The notes beneath the pieces are model-generated. The model was not told where the DNA came from, made no database searches, and saw only the letters and a program-made list of their open reading frames with translations. The position numbers and the translations under genes were made by a program. A stretch of DNA of 64,000 nt from NCBI GenBank assembly GCA_964479945.1, contig CAYZNS010000006.1, positions 1,107-65,106 of the forward strand, given 5' to 3'. This document shows positions 49,886 to 58,484 of this stretch, piece after piece. The stretch is from an uncultured Candidatus Saccharibacteria bacterium. GTDB taxonomy: Bacteria > Patescibacteriota > Minisyncoccia > Ryanbacterales > 2-02-FULL-48-12. The first letter of the stretch is position 1; every line of letters starts with the position of its first letter.

Positions 49886-50530
49886 TTACGCGCCATGGTC
49901 GGCCCAGCCAACGCGCCGGTCCTTGTCCCGACGACCCCCGTTGTGGACTTTTTTGCTCTTTGGCTTGGAAGCCGCGGGGCTAGCAAAGTCCCGACCCTTA
50001 CCCTCAAACGGGATGGGGGCCTTCAACGGAGCCGGTTTCGGTTCACCGGCGGCGGAGGACTTGTTGGCAAGAGGGGTGGGGCGTTTGCCGTAGTCGCCAA
50101 CAAAAGCATCCACACCTTTGTTGCCGGCAATCCTCTCCTCCAGAAACCGCACGGAGTTGAGGTACCGGTAGCAACGGACACCACGATCCTCCAGAGCGTT
50201 GGCGTGCTTGCGGCACACCAGGAAGCTCCTTAGATCCTCCGGCACGGCCTTCTTCCCCAACTTTGCCTCCACGAAGTTAAGGTTGGGAACGATTGCCTGC
50301 TCTTCCCGTATCCCCCCGCCCTTTTCTCCACAAAGAGCACAGGAGAACTGTACAACCGGCGACTGTTCGGCAGGTTTCGGCAGTTCAATCTTGCCGAGGA
50401 CCCGACCGTTCGTCTCGACTGTCTGTTGTTCGGCCTCCAATTTGTCGGCCGCGGGCGCGGTCAGAACAGCGCCGTTTGCAACGGTTTCGATGGTCTCGGG
50501 GGTGCCAGTGGTGATCACATCTGTGGTCAT
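49886..50530 (-). CDS. Hypothetical protein with a CxxC...CxxH zinc motif
   Basis: SD aggagg; CALC and CRKH. Confidence 0.75.
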   Translation of the reverse strand: MTTDVITTGTPETIETVANGAVLTAPAADKLEAEQQTVETNGRVLGKIELPKPAEQSPVVQFSCALCGEKGGGIREEQAIVPNLNFVEAKLGKKAVPEDLRSFLVCRKHANALEDRGVRCYRYLNSVRFLEERIAGNKGVDAFVGDYGKRPTPLANKSSAAGEPKPAPLKAPIPFEGKGRDFASPAASKPKSKKVHNGGRRDKDRRVGWADHGA

Positions 50531-50760
50531 AAAAACCTCCTGAAAAATTTGTACCAGACGAATTCGTCTGGGTAGTTTAAAGAACTTTCAAAAATTTTCC
50601 TCCCGCCACAGACGACCACCCTATGCCAGAACTTTTTTTGTCCTTATGATCGTCTTTGGTAGGAAAGGAAACTCATCAGCGTATTTATTCGAAATGATTC
50701 GAAATGGCCCGCTTACATGCCTTTAACGTGGGTTAGCTTCCTTACAGCCCCACGACACAT

Positions 50761-50940
50761 TCAATGTTTTCTCTGCACGATAATCCCCCGCCGCCGCGGC
50801 TGCTTCCCCGTTGGAACAAGAAGCATCTGCCACTCAAACGCGGCCTGCTTCGAGTCCGCCTCTTTCCGAGGCAAACCGTTCCAACTGAACCCTCCCTTAC
50901 GAAGGATGGTGTTAGCCACCTTGTGCAGTTCGTGAGACAT
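50761..50940 (-). CDS. Small hypothetical protein (59 aa, not in the ORF track)
   Basis: aaaggaggtaac-ATG, MSHELHKVANTILRKGG... Confidence 0.6.
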   Translation of the reverse strand: MSHELHKVANTILRKGGFSWNGLPRKEADSKQAAFEWQMLLVPTGKQPRRRGIIVQRKH

Positions 50941-51033
50941 GTTACCTCCTTTTTCTTTTTTGTCTCTTATCCCTCCCGAATGTGCGGGCCGTGATGGGAG
51001 ACTAGACAGCCCGCATACTCGAGAGAGAAAAAC

Positions 51034-51084
51034 CTTTTCAAATGCAACTATTCGCCATTATACTCGGCTATAAAATTTTGTCAA
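51034..51084 (-). promoter_or_regulatory. Sigma70 promoter followed by a boxA-like motif
   Basis: TTGACA-16-TATAAT, then ttgcatttgaaaa. Confidence 0.7.
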
Positions 51085-51224
51085 GTGTTCATGACATATA
51101 ATACCATTATATTTCAGAAATATGTTGTAATATAAGGATATTTTACATGTTTTATTTAATATGTATTTCTAACATATTTTGTTATACAACGCATGTCTGT
51201 AAAAAATATTTCTGTCAGTGGCAT

Positions 51225-51276
51225 TTGACAAATATTTGAGTACGTGCTATGTTTCAGGCGGGTGCACCTTGAACAA
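51225..51276 (+). promoter_or_regulatory. Divergent promoter with a boxA-like motif
   Basis: TTGACA-17-TATGTT, then tgcaccttgaaca. Confidence 0.55.
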
Positions 51277-51355
51277 GAATCTTAAACCGGCGGCTCTCGG
51301 CCGAGAACGAGAGCGCAAATCTGGTTTCAGGGGGATTTTAAACGAAAAAGGGAGC

Positions 51356-51383
51356 TCTGGATTCCCGCCTCCGCGGGAATGAC
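51356..51383. repeat. Single REP half-element
   Basis: ctggattcccgcctccgcgggaatgac, the reverse form of the unit at about 24053-24079. Confidence 0.8.
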
Positions 51384-51535
51384 ACTCTGATGGTGCGCCT
51401 GCTTGGTTCATTTTGCTCCCACTCCCAAAAAAGAAATCCTCCTGAAGAATAGGAGGACAAGATGGGCGGACATTAATCTAATTTAATGATTCTCTTGTCT
51501 AAATACGACAAAGGCCGCTTTAGCAACAAAGCGGC

Positions 51536-52285
51536 CTAAATTTTTTCTGCGGCCATCCAAAGAATCTCAAATATACCCCGAAAAGAATTAGCTATTTCCT
51601 TGTGACTAATAATGGCGCCTGAAATATTTCCTTTTAATGCGGCAATGGCAACATTGTCATCAAATATTGTAATATCAGCAGAAAACGGCATCTTTTTCGG
51701 TGAGATATACCTAGTTTCGCGTAACATTTTCTCATCTTTTCTTGGGTAAACAGAATTTTCCGTGGAAGTATATATAAGGCGTGATTTAATTCCTTTTTTT
51801 ACGCGCCGCGGCGTATAAGTATTTTTATGATCCGGAAATACAGAGAACACTTCATCAACTGGTGATATGGCCAATATCTCTTTTCGTTTTGCTTTTAAAA
51901 AATCCTCCTGCATCTTTAACAAACCCTCCTTCCCCTCAAAATACCGCACTACCGGCTTCTCTTCCGCCAAATCAAACATCGCTTTTAACTCCGGCAGCAC
52001 GCTTTTTAACTCCTCCTGCTTCTGCTCCAGTTCTTTCTTTTCATGTCCCAGCAAATACTCCAACTGCTCCGGATCTTCGGCGATGTAGAGCTGTTTTTTG
52101 CCTTTGGTCTGCATGCTGACTAACCCCTTTTTCTTTAAGGATTCAATTTGTACATACGCCGTGGGGCGGTTGATGGCGGCTTTGGCGGCAATTTCAAGCA
52201 CGGACGAGGGCCCAAGCTCTAGCATAGCCAAATACACTTTGGCTTCATTGTCTGAAAGACCGATATGTTTTAATTGGGTAAGCAT
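51536..52285 (-). CDS. TrmB-family transcriptional regulator
   Basis: GLSDNEAKVYLAML, INRPTAY, PVVRYFEGKEG. Confidence 0.92.
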   Translation of the reverse strand: MLTQLKHIGLSDNEAKVYLAMLELGPSSVLEIAAKAAINRPTAYVQIESLKKKGLVSMQTKGKKQLYIAEDPEQLEYLLGHEKKELEQKQEELKSVLPELKAMFDLAEEKPVVRYFEGKEGLLKMQEDFLKAKRKEILAISPVDEVFSVFPDHKNTYTPRRVKKGIKSRLIYTSTENSVYPRKDEKMLRETRYISPKKMPFSADITIFDDNVAIAALKGNISGAIISHKEIANSFRGIFEILWMAAEKI

Positions 52286-52296
52286 GGCTGCGATTT

Positions 52297-52713
52297 TTAC
52301 ATGTCTCCGAGTAATTCTACATTGATTTCTTTTATTTTTTTGAGGGTCCTATCGTTGGTAACAAACGTTTGTGCGCCAAAATCCAACGCCGTTGCAATGT
52401 GTATGGCATCGGGTGTTTTGATGCCATAGTGCGCGCGCAAGTCAGACGCAATATCCACAATTTGCTCGCTCATGCCCATAATAGTAAGATGAGGAAACCG
52501 AATCAAAAGATTTTTATATTGTACCGCAAGCTCATGCCGATTCAGTTTTTTAGGTCCCGTCAAAATCTCTATAACGCCGATGCTTGAAAATACGGCTTCC
52601 CGCGCGCCTGCTTCCACTTGCTGTAATAATTTTTCGGCAAGGCGCGCGTGAATTCCCGTCCCTTCAAAAAGATATATAAATACTGCCGTATCAATTCCTA
52701 TTTTTTGCCCCAT
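52297..52713 (-). CDS. VapC PIN-domain toxin
   Basis: IDTAVFIY, IEIL, TPDAIHIATA, TND. Confidence 0.92.
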   Translation of the reverse strand: MGQKIGIDTAVFIYLFEGTGIHARLAEKLLQQVEAGAREAVFSSIGVIEILTGPKKLNRHELAVQYKNLLIRFPHLTIMGMSEQIVDIASDLRAHYGIKTPDAIHIATALDFGAQTFVTNDRTLKKIKEINVELLGDM

Positions 52714-52943
52714 GACGCGCGCTCTTGCTTAATATAACGCACCGCGCCGCCTAACCGGCGCCACACGTCTTTTCCAAGGCCTTTCATTGCCTGAACTCTG
52801 TTCTGCTTATATTTCAAAAGAATTGCCCGATCTTCGTCCAGAGGATATATCTCCAAGCGCGCGCCAGCTTCCAAGCGCATTTTCCTGCGCACTTCTTTCG
52901 GTACTACTATTTGATATTTTTGCGAGAGGGTGGAAGTTTCCAT
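52698..52943 (-). CDS. AbrB/MazE-type antitoxin
   Basis: LSQKYQIVVPKEVR...YIKQERASW. Confidence 0.9.
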   Translation of the reverse strand: METSTLSQKYQIVVPKEVRRKMRLEAGARLEIYPLDEDRAILLKYKQNRVQAMKGLGKDVWRRLGGAVRYIKQERASWGKK

Positions 52944-53012
52944 AAACGTTTTACTATTATATATATGCTTTACATTTTATCAAGAAGTAAAATAATGTCA
53001 AGAGCGGTATTT

Positions 53013-53152
53013 GTAAGAGCTCACAAACTCGGATAATTGTGTAACATTTGCTATCTCGGATGTGCCAAGCCGAGCTCCACATCGCCCTACGGGCGTGTGT
53101 AGAGCTCGGCTAGTCACAATCCTGGCGCTTACTCAAGTTTGTGAGTTCTTAC
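53013..53152 (+). repeat. Repeat family A (53056-53128) nested in an outer inverted repeat
   Basis: gtaagagctcacaaact...cggatgtgccaagccgagct-[cgccctacgggcg]-agctcggctagtcacaatcctggcgc...agtttgtgagttcttac. Confidence 0.9.
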
Positions 53153-53173
53153 CGGTACTTTCTTGAAAATTAT

Positions 53174-53205
53174 AAGGGGAGGCGATTGCTCGTCTCCCCT
53201 TTTTT
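53174..53205. terminator. Terminator-like hairpin
   Basis: aaggggaggcga-ttgc-tcgtctcccctt. Confidence 0.65.
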
Positions 53206-53373
53206 CTAATGCACAACCGGCATCTGCACAATCGGGGCGTCGGAGTTTGCCTCCGCATACTTCTCAAGCTTTTGCCGAATCTCCGCGGCCCAGCGCTGTG
53301 CCTTTTCCGCATCTACTTCTCCCGCATCCAGCTTTCGCTGGATTTCATCCAAAAAATGCTCAAAAAAAGTCAT
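53206..53373 (-). CDS. Small hypothetical protein (55 aa, not in the ORF track)
   Basis: aaggagg-ATG, MTFFEHFLDEIQRKLDAGEV... Confidence 0.65.
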   Translation of the reverse strand: MTFFEHFLDEIQRKLDAGEVDAEKAQRWAAEIRQKLEKYAEANSDAPIVQMPVVH

Positions 53374-53710
53374 AAAAAAACCTCCTTAAAGTACATTCAC
53401 TAAACTCTCGAATGCCCTGATTTCAAGACCTTGGTGAATGGGAGGAGAACGATCTTTATTTGTGTTCTCCCCCGTGGCAGGATTTTATTGGGCTTGTTTT
53501 GTATAAGCCCTGCGGTTACCTGCCGTCCGCTTGTCTTTTGTCGGAGACCTATGCGTTCACTCTCACCTTTCTCGTCTGATGCGCCCGCGATTGCTAGTAC
53601 CTCCCAAAATTTTTCAACGCGAAGCGTTTGATGTTTTTTCCGGCCTATTCGATAGCCGGGTTAGAGGTTAATTCAAAAAAATTGATATGACACTCACCCA
53701 TCCTTTCTAT

Positions 53711-54238
53711 CTACTCACTCATGAGATGCATGTATGCCCGTGCCGCCGCCACGCTATCGTATAACGGATGGTGCGTAGACAGACCTTCGGCCTCGGACAC
53801 TTTGTCCATTAGGCCGAACACCATGTTGTAGGAGTCCACGCTGGTGGGGTCGAAACCCTTTGCCTTCAGCACGCTGGCGACATCGAGGAACGGATACGGT
53901 CCGTCCCAGTCGCCAATCAACCCCTTCTGGTGCATGTCGATCAAGAGTTTGCTCTCGACCGGCACGCCCATGTGAGCGATCACGTCGGCGCCGTCCTTGT
54001 TTGCCTTGTAAAACTCGGCGAGGGCCGCCAACATGGCATCGTACGAGTCGTGGGTCTTGTCGAGGTCACCGAGCTTGGGCAGGACATTTTCCCGCACCCA
54101 GCCGTCGGTCACTCCGTCGGGACCGAGGTAGGCGGTGAAGCTGTTGACCAGCTTACCGTCCTCATACACCGCCGCCGAGATGGCGAAGGCATCGCCCCAT
54201 AGACCATTTGTTTCCGCATCAAACGAAAAAACTTTCAT
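53711..54238 (-). CDS. DEDDh-like 3'-5' exonuclease-domain protein
   Basis: FSFDAETNG and HHPLYDS motifs; SD ggaggt; GC-richer codons than its neighbours. Confidence 0.7.
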   Translation of the reverse strand: MKVFSFDAETNGLWGDAFAISAAVYEDGKLVNSFTAYLGPDGVTDGWVRENVLPKLGDLDKTHDSYDAMLAALAEFYKANKDGADVIAHMGVPVESKLLIDMHQKGLIGDWDGPYPFLDVASVLKAKGFDPTSVDSYNMVFGLMDKVSEAEGLSTHHPLYDSVAAARAYMHLMSE

Positions 54239-54321
54239 TGCAACACCTCCCTACGAGTTGTTTAAGAATTTATCGCGTTCCCAATTTCCTTCAGGAGAGC
54301 AGGTACACGGGCCCTCCTTTC

Positions 54322-54711
54322 TTATTTCGTAGCATTAACAATCTGTCCAACAATGGAGTCAATCCCCTCCGACAGATCCAGTAACGTGCCACGTCTAGAG
54401 GGATCAGTCTCCCCTTCCTCCGCCTCGTACCCCTTTGCAAAGATCTCCTTAATCTTGGACAAGAGGCCTTCCGCCTCTGTCCTGCGGGGGAGTTCCTTGC
54501 TGTAGAGCTCGTCCCCGAAATAAGCCTTGTAAAAAGGGACCCCCACAACATCCTCTATCTCGGTCGGCGTCATTGGCCAAGCTATATGGCCTACAAACGC
54601 CCCACGAAATGGAGCAATCCGTACGACGTGACCCTGATCGGACGAACGGATATAGGGCTTGACGAGCCAAGCCTTCTTTTTCATAGCTGCCGTAGTCGCT
54701 GAAAACTCCAT
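54322..54711 (-). CDS. Hypothetical protein
   Basis: aggaggtgtaaa-ATG, MEFSAT. Confidence 0.7.
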   Translation of the reverse strand: MEFSATTAAMKKKAWLVKPYIRSSDQGHVVRIAPFRGAFVGHIAWPMTPTEIEDVVGVPFYKAYFGDELYSKELPRRTEAEGLLSKIKEIFAKGYEAEEGETDPSRRGTLLDLSEGIDSIVGQIVNATK

Positions 54712-54839
54712 TTTACACCTCCTGTGTGGAATTATTGAACTCAAAGTACTAAAAAATTTGAGAGAAGAAACAGAGACGCGATGTGTAGCGCGTACACATC
54801 TGACCTTGAGCGGCCCTTTCTGTTTTTTCATTGCTCAAA

Positions 54840-54915
54840 CTCCTCTCATCAAAGCTTTCCAAGAGCTACCCCATGTATTATATAAAAGGGTTCTGGAAAG
54901 CTTTGATGAGAGGGG
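54840..54915. repeat. Long hairpin related to family B
   Basis: ctctcatcaaagctttcca / tggaaagctttgatgagag. Confidence 0.75.
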
Positions 54916-55007
54916 GTTTTTCCGGATACCCCCCAGACACGGATTTGGAAATCCGAGATTTATAATATTAGAAGTATAAGATCACCCCCTTTTTTTGATT
55001 TGCAAGA

Positions 55008-55100
55008 AGTATAGCATGTTTGGTTGTCTGTGTCAAGCCCTGCACGGATGGGCTAAAAGCTGTGGACAAATATTGACAAAACATATCTATTGTCTATACT
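55008..55100. promoter_or_regulatory. Divergent sigma70 promoters
   Basis: Minus strand TTGACA-17-TATACT (55008-55036); plus strand TTGACA-16-TATACT (55073-55100). Confidence 0.7.
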
Positions 55101-55128
55101 TATACCATAAGAGCTTGTTCGACATGAT

Positions 55129-55419
55129 ATGAAATACTTTGACTGGGAAAACTCAAAAAACGAGCAGCTCAAGAAGGAACGCGAAATCAGCTTTGAGGAC
55201 ATTGTAATTGCAATAGATGAAGGGCGGTTGTGTGACATTCTTGTCCACCCCAATCAAAAACGATACCCCCATCAGCAGATTTTTGTCGTTGCAGTATACG
55301 AATATGCGTATCTTGTGCCATTCGTTGAAGATGATGAAAAAGTATTTCTTAAAACTATTATCCCTAGCCGCAAAGCAACCAAGAAGTATGTTATTGGCAG
55401 TAAAAATAAAAAACCATGA
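55129..55419 (+). CDS. BrnT-like toxin
   Basis: FDWENSKNEQLKKEREISFE...LKTIIPSRKATK. Confidence 0.9.
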   Translation: MKYFDWENSKNEQLKKEREISFEDIVIAIDEGRLCDILVHPNQKRYPHQQIFVVAVYEYAYLVPFVEDDEKVFLKTIIPSRKATKKYVIGSKNKKP

Positions 55420-55676
55420 AATACTATGAACTTACAAAAGAAGAAGAACGGCTTATTGAAGACTACGAGGAGGGTGAGCTTCGAAGCATCCCTGATCAGC
55501 TGCAAGAAACAACGCGGTACCGCTCGTACGCTAAATCTTCCCTTAATAGGGAGCGGAACATTAACATTCGCCTTTCCGAGAGAGATTTACAAAAAATCAA
55601 AGCAAAAGCTGCCGAAAAAGGATTGCCATACCAAACGCTTGTTTCCTCAATTCTGCATCAGTACAGCCTTCGATAG
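55416..55676 (+). CDS. BrnA/CopG-like antitoxin
   Basis: INIRLSERDL...GLPYQTLVSSILH. Confidence 0.9.
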   Translation: MKYYELTKEEERLIEDYEEGELRSIPDQLQETTRYRSYAKSSLNRERNINIRLSERDLQKIKAKAAEKGLPYQTLVSSILHQYSLR

Positions 55677-56327
55677 CTCTTTGAGAGTATCCTCTAACTC
55701 ACTCGGAAGCTCAGCTTCCAAGCGGAGTCGTTTACCGTCTTTTGCTACAAACTCTAGCCCGGCCGCGTGCAAAAATTGTCTTCCTAACCCGTTCGGGCAC
55801 ATATATTTCTTTCCTCCGTAGAGTTTGTCACAGGCAACCGGATAGCCGATGCTCGCAAGATGCGAGCGAATTTGATGAGTTCTCCCTGTTTTTGGAGATA
55901 CTTCAAGCAACGTGTACTCTTGGAATCTTTTCCGTACCGTAAAATGGGTCTCCGCGGAACGCGCGCCGTCCACCATGCGCGGAGACGCTATGCGTTTTCG
56001 AAAATCTTTTTTTGACCGCGCGATAGGAAGCGAAATAACGCCTTTGTCTTTGGAAACATGTCCCGAGACAAGTGCAATATACGTTTTTTTGATTTTACGA
56101 TCATGAAATAACTTTTTTAGATACTCGTATGCCGCGTGGTTTTTCGCAATTAAAAGCAGGCCGGAAGTATCTTTATCCAGCCGGTGCGCCAGTTCGGCAT
56201 CCGGGTATGTTTTCCGGATTTCCTGCAACAGCGTCCCTTCCGCACGATGCTCATCAGGATGCACGGAAACGCCCGCCGGTTTGTTGACCGCAAGAATATC
56301 ACTGTCTTCGTAGATAATTGTATACAT
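55647..56327 (-). CDS. RluA-family pseudouridine synthase
   Basis: NKPAG, HRLDKDTSG, TGRTHQIR, FLHA. Confidence 0.95.
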   Translation of the reverse strand: MYTIIYEDSDILAVNKPAGVSVHPDEHRAEGTLLQEIRKTYPDAELAHRLDKDTSGLLLIAKNHAAYEYLKKLFHDRKIKKTYIALVSGHVSKDKGVISLPIARSKKDFRKRIASPRMVDGARSAETHFTVRKRFQEYTLLEVSPKTGRTHQIRSHLASIGYPVACDKLYGGKKYMCPNGLGRQFLHAAGLEFVAKDGKRLRLEAELPSELEDTLKELSKAVLMQN

Positions 56328-56402
56328 TGGTGCGCCCATGAAGGATCGAACTTCAGGCCTCGTCGATGTCAACGACGCGCTCTACCACTGAGCTATGGGC
56401 GC
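56328..56402 (-). tRNA. tRNA-Val(GAC) with encoded CCA
   Basis: GCGCCCA/TGGGCGC, CGTCG-TTGACAT-CGACG. Confidence 0.95.
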
Positions 56403-56406
56403 ATCT

Positions 56407-56574
56407 TTAAACAGGCAATAACAAAGAAAGTAGTGCGAGCGGCAAAGCAATGTAACTATTAATCACGCAAAACCAGGCATGCTTGATATAATCCGGCGGA
56501 GATCCAAACGGGGGAGTTGTAGTAAGTTGATGTAGGGCAAGAACTACCAACAAGATAATTGCAATAGTTTTCAT
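56407..56574 (-). CDS. Possible small two-TM membrane protein between the tRNAs
   Basis: MKTIAIILLVVLAL...IALPLALLSLLLPV fills the spacer. Confidence 0.35.
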   Translation of the reverse strand: MKTIAIILLVVLALHQLTTTPPFGSPPDYIKHAWFCVINSYIALPLALLSLLLPV

Positions 56575-56577
56575 AGG

Positions 56578-56650
56578 CGCCGCCAACGGGGATCGAACCC
56601 GTATTGCCGGATTGAAAGCCCGGTTTCCTAACCAATTAGAAGATAGCGGC
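56578..56650 (-). tRNA. tRNA-Glu(TTC)
   Basis: GCCGCTA/TGGCGGC, CCGGG-CTTTCAA-TCCGG, GGTTCGATCCC. Confidence 0.95.
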
Positions 56651-56987
56651 TTATGTGTAATACTACCAGATAACGCACAATTTATCCACACCTTTCGCTA
56701 CTCCCTTGTAAAAAAGTTCGGCTGGGTGTATAATATTGCTAGATTGCAAAGGGGGACAAATTATGTCATGCAGCGGGAACATAAGAGCAACACCAGTTGA
56801 CGCTTCACGGAAGCCCACATTATCAAAAAGTGGATTGCCGCGAGGTATCAACAATACATCCTCTTCCCGCCTTGCAAAAGGGCGGCGCTTTGTTCCGGCA
56901 CAACCGGAAAAGAGCATGCCCGTGTCTGCATTTTTTATATGAGAATGCAAATGCGGTTTTTATTTATACAAATATACAATTAACTCA

Positions 56988-58418
56988 ATGAAACAAATTT
57001 TTTATACCGGCGCTGTTCTCGCGTTACTTATATCGCTTGGTGTTACACCTTTTGCGCTTGCCGCCGAAGACGCGGTAGCGGCCGATACAGAGCATGGCGG
57101 ACCCGCCATAACCTTCCTGTGGATTGCGGTTATTTTACTGGCCGCCAAGTTCTCCGGCCTTATTGAACGCTTCGGCCAGCCATCGGTCCTGGGCGAGCTG
57201 GTTATGGGCGTTATCCTTGGTAACTTGGTGCTTCTGGGCATTACGGTATTTGAGCCCATTAAGTACGATTCCATCATACGCTTCCTAGCAGAGTTGGGCG
57301 TGGTAGTGCTTCTCTTTCAAATAGGCCTTGAATCCAACATATCCAAGATGCGCTCCGTGGGAACCAGCGCATTCTTAGTGGCTGTTGTCGGCGTGGTGGT
57401 ACCCTTTCTTTTGGGCACATATCTCGTGGGGCCCTATTTGCTCCCCGGCCTCTCGCAAAATGCGTATCTCTTTTTGGGCGCCGCGCTCACCGCTACATCG
57501 GTCGGCATTACCGCGCGCGTATTCCGCGACCTGGGTAAATTACAGGATAAGGAAGCACAGATTATTTTGGGAGCCGCCGTTATTGACGATGTGCTGGGCT
57601 TAGTTATACTTGCCGTAATATCCGCACTGGTAACGCTGGGCGCTATAACATTCGGCGCTATCGGCTTGATTGTCGCCAAAGCGGCGCTGTTTCTTGCCGC
57701 GGCCGTGTTCTTGGGGCAAATCTTTGCCGACAAAATCGGGTATCTTTTCTCATTTATCAGCACCGGAACCGGTATGAAGTTCACATTAGCGCTCTCGTTT
57801 GGCCTGGTGTTTGCGTTCTTGGCGCACATAATAGGGCTTGCTCCCATTGTGGGCGCGTTTGCGGCAGGCCTTATCTTGGACCCCGTGCACTTCCGATTCT
57901 TCCGTAATCCGCACATTGTGGACGAAATAGACGAATGCATGCATGACTGCTCGGACGCGGCATCCCGCAAGCGCGTGGGCGACGTCATCGCCGCACATGC
58001 CAGTAAGCACGTGGAAGACTTGTTGGAACCCGTAAGCATTCTGCTCGTGCCGCTCTTCTTTGTGGTAACCGGCATGGATGTAAATCTTACCGTGCTATTT
58101 AACGGACCAATTCTTCTGGTTGCTCTTGGTATCACAGCAGTTGCCTTTATCGGCAAAATATGCGCGGGGCTTGTCGCGGGCAACGGCGTCAACAAATCCC
58201 TCATTGGCTGGGGCATGGTACCACGCGGCGAAGTCGGCCTGATATTTGCAACCGTAGGCCGCTCGCTCGGCGTTGTTACGGAGGAAGTGTTTTCGGTAAT
58301 TGTCATTATGGTAATTCTTACCACGCTTCTGACGCCGCCCATCCTTACATTCCTCTTAAAACGCGGCGTGGCAAAACACGCGCAACAAGCAGAAGCGCAA
58401 TTATCGCACGCGCATTAA
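56988..58418 (+). CDS. Cation:proton antiporter (CPA2 family)
   Basis: GQPSVLGEL, LLFQIGLE, ATSVGIT, AAVIDD, PRGEV. Confidence 0.93.
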   Translation: MKQIFYTGAVLALLISLGVTPFALAAEDAVAADTEHGGPAITFLWIAVILLAAKFSGLIERFGQPSVLGELVMGVILGNLVLLGITVFEPIKYDSIIRFLAELGVVVLLFQIGLESNISKMRSVGTSAFLVAVVGVVVPFLLGTYLVGPYLLPGLSQNAYLFLGAALTATSVGITARVFRDLGKLQDKEAQIILGAAVIDDVLGLVILAVISALVTLGAITFGAIGLIVAKAALFLAAAVFLGQIFADKIGYLFSFISTGTGMKFTLALSFGLVFAFLAHIIGLAPIVGAFAAGLILDPVHFRFFRNPHIVDEIDECMHDCSDAASRKRVGDVIAAHASKHVEDLLEPVSILLVPLFFVVTGMDVNLTVLFNGPILLVALGITAVAFIGKICAGLVAGNGVNKSLIGWGMVPRGEVGLIFATVGRSLGVVTEEVFSVIVIMVILTTLLTPPILTFLLKRGVAKHAQQAEAQLSHAH

Positions 58419-58426
58419 ATGTCGTA

Positions 58427-58465
58427 ATCAAAACACCTCCGATCCAGATCAGAGGTGTTTTGATT
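58427..58465. terminator. Bidirectional terminator between convergent genes
   Basis: aatcaaaacacct...aggtgttttgatt. Confidence 0.8.
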
Positions 58466-58484
58466 GACTTTGTAATTCCACTTG

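Noticed and set aside
12437-53152. CRISPR array interpretation of repeat families A and B
   Set aside because: Copies are dispersed over kilobases, have no regular 30-40-nt spacers, and no cas genes are present.
47107-54915. Classical integron or prophage
   Set aside because: No integrase, no attC RYYYAAC/GTTRRRY ends recognised, and no phage structural or replication genes.
57434-58342. Long antisense ORFs (also 32000-32776, 37222-37932, 1567-2205)
   Set aside because: They are shadows of well-supported genes on the opposite strand and have no motifs.
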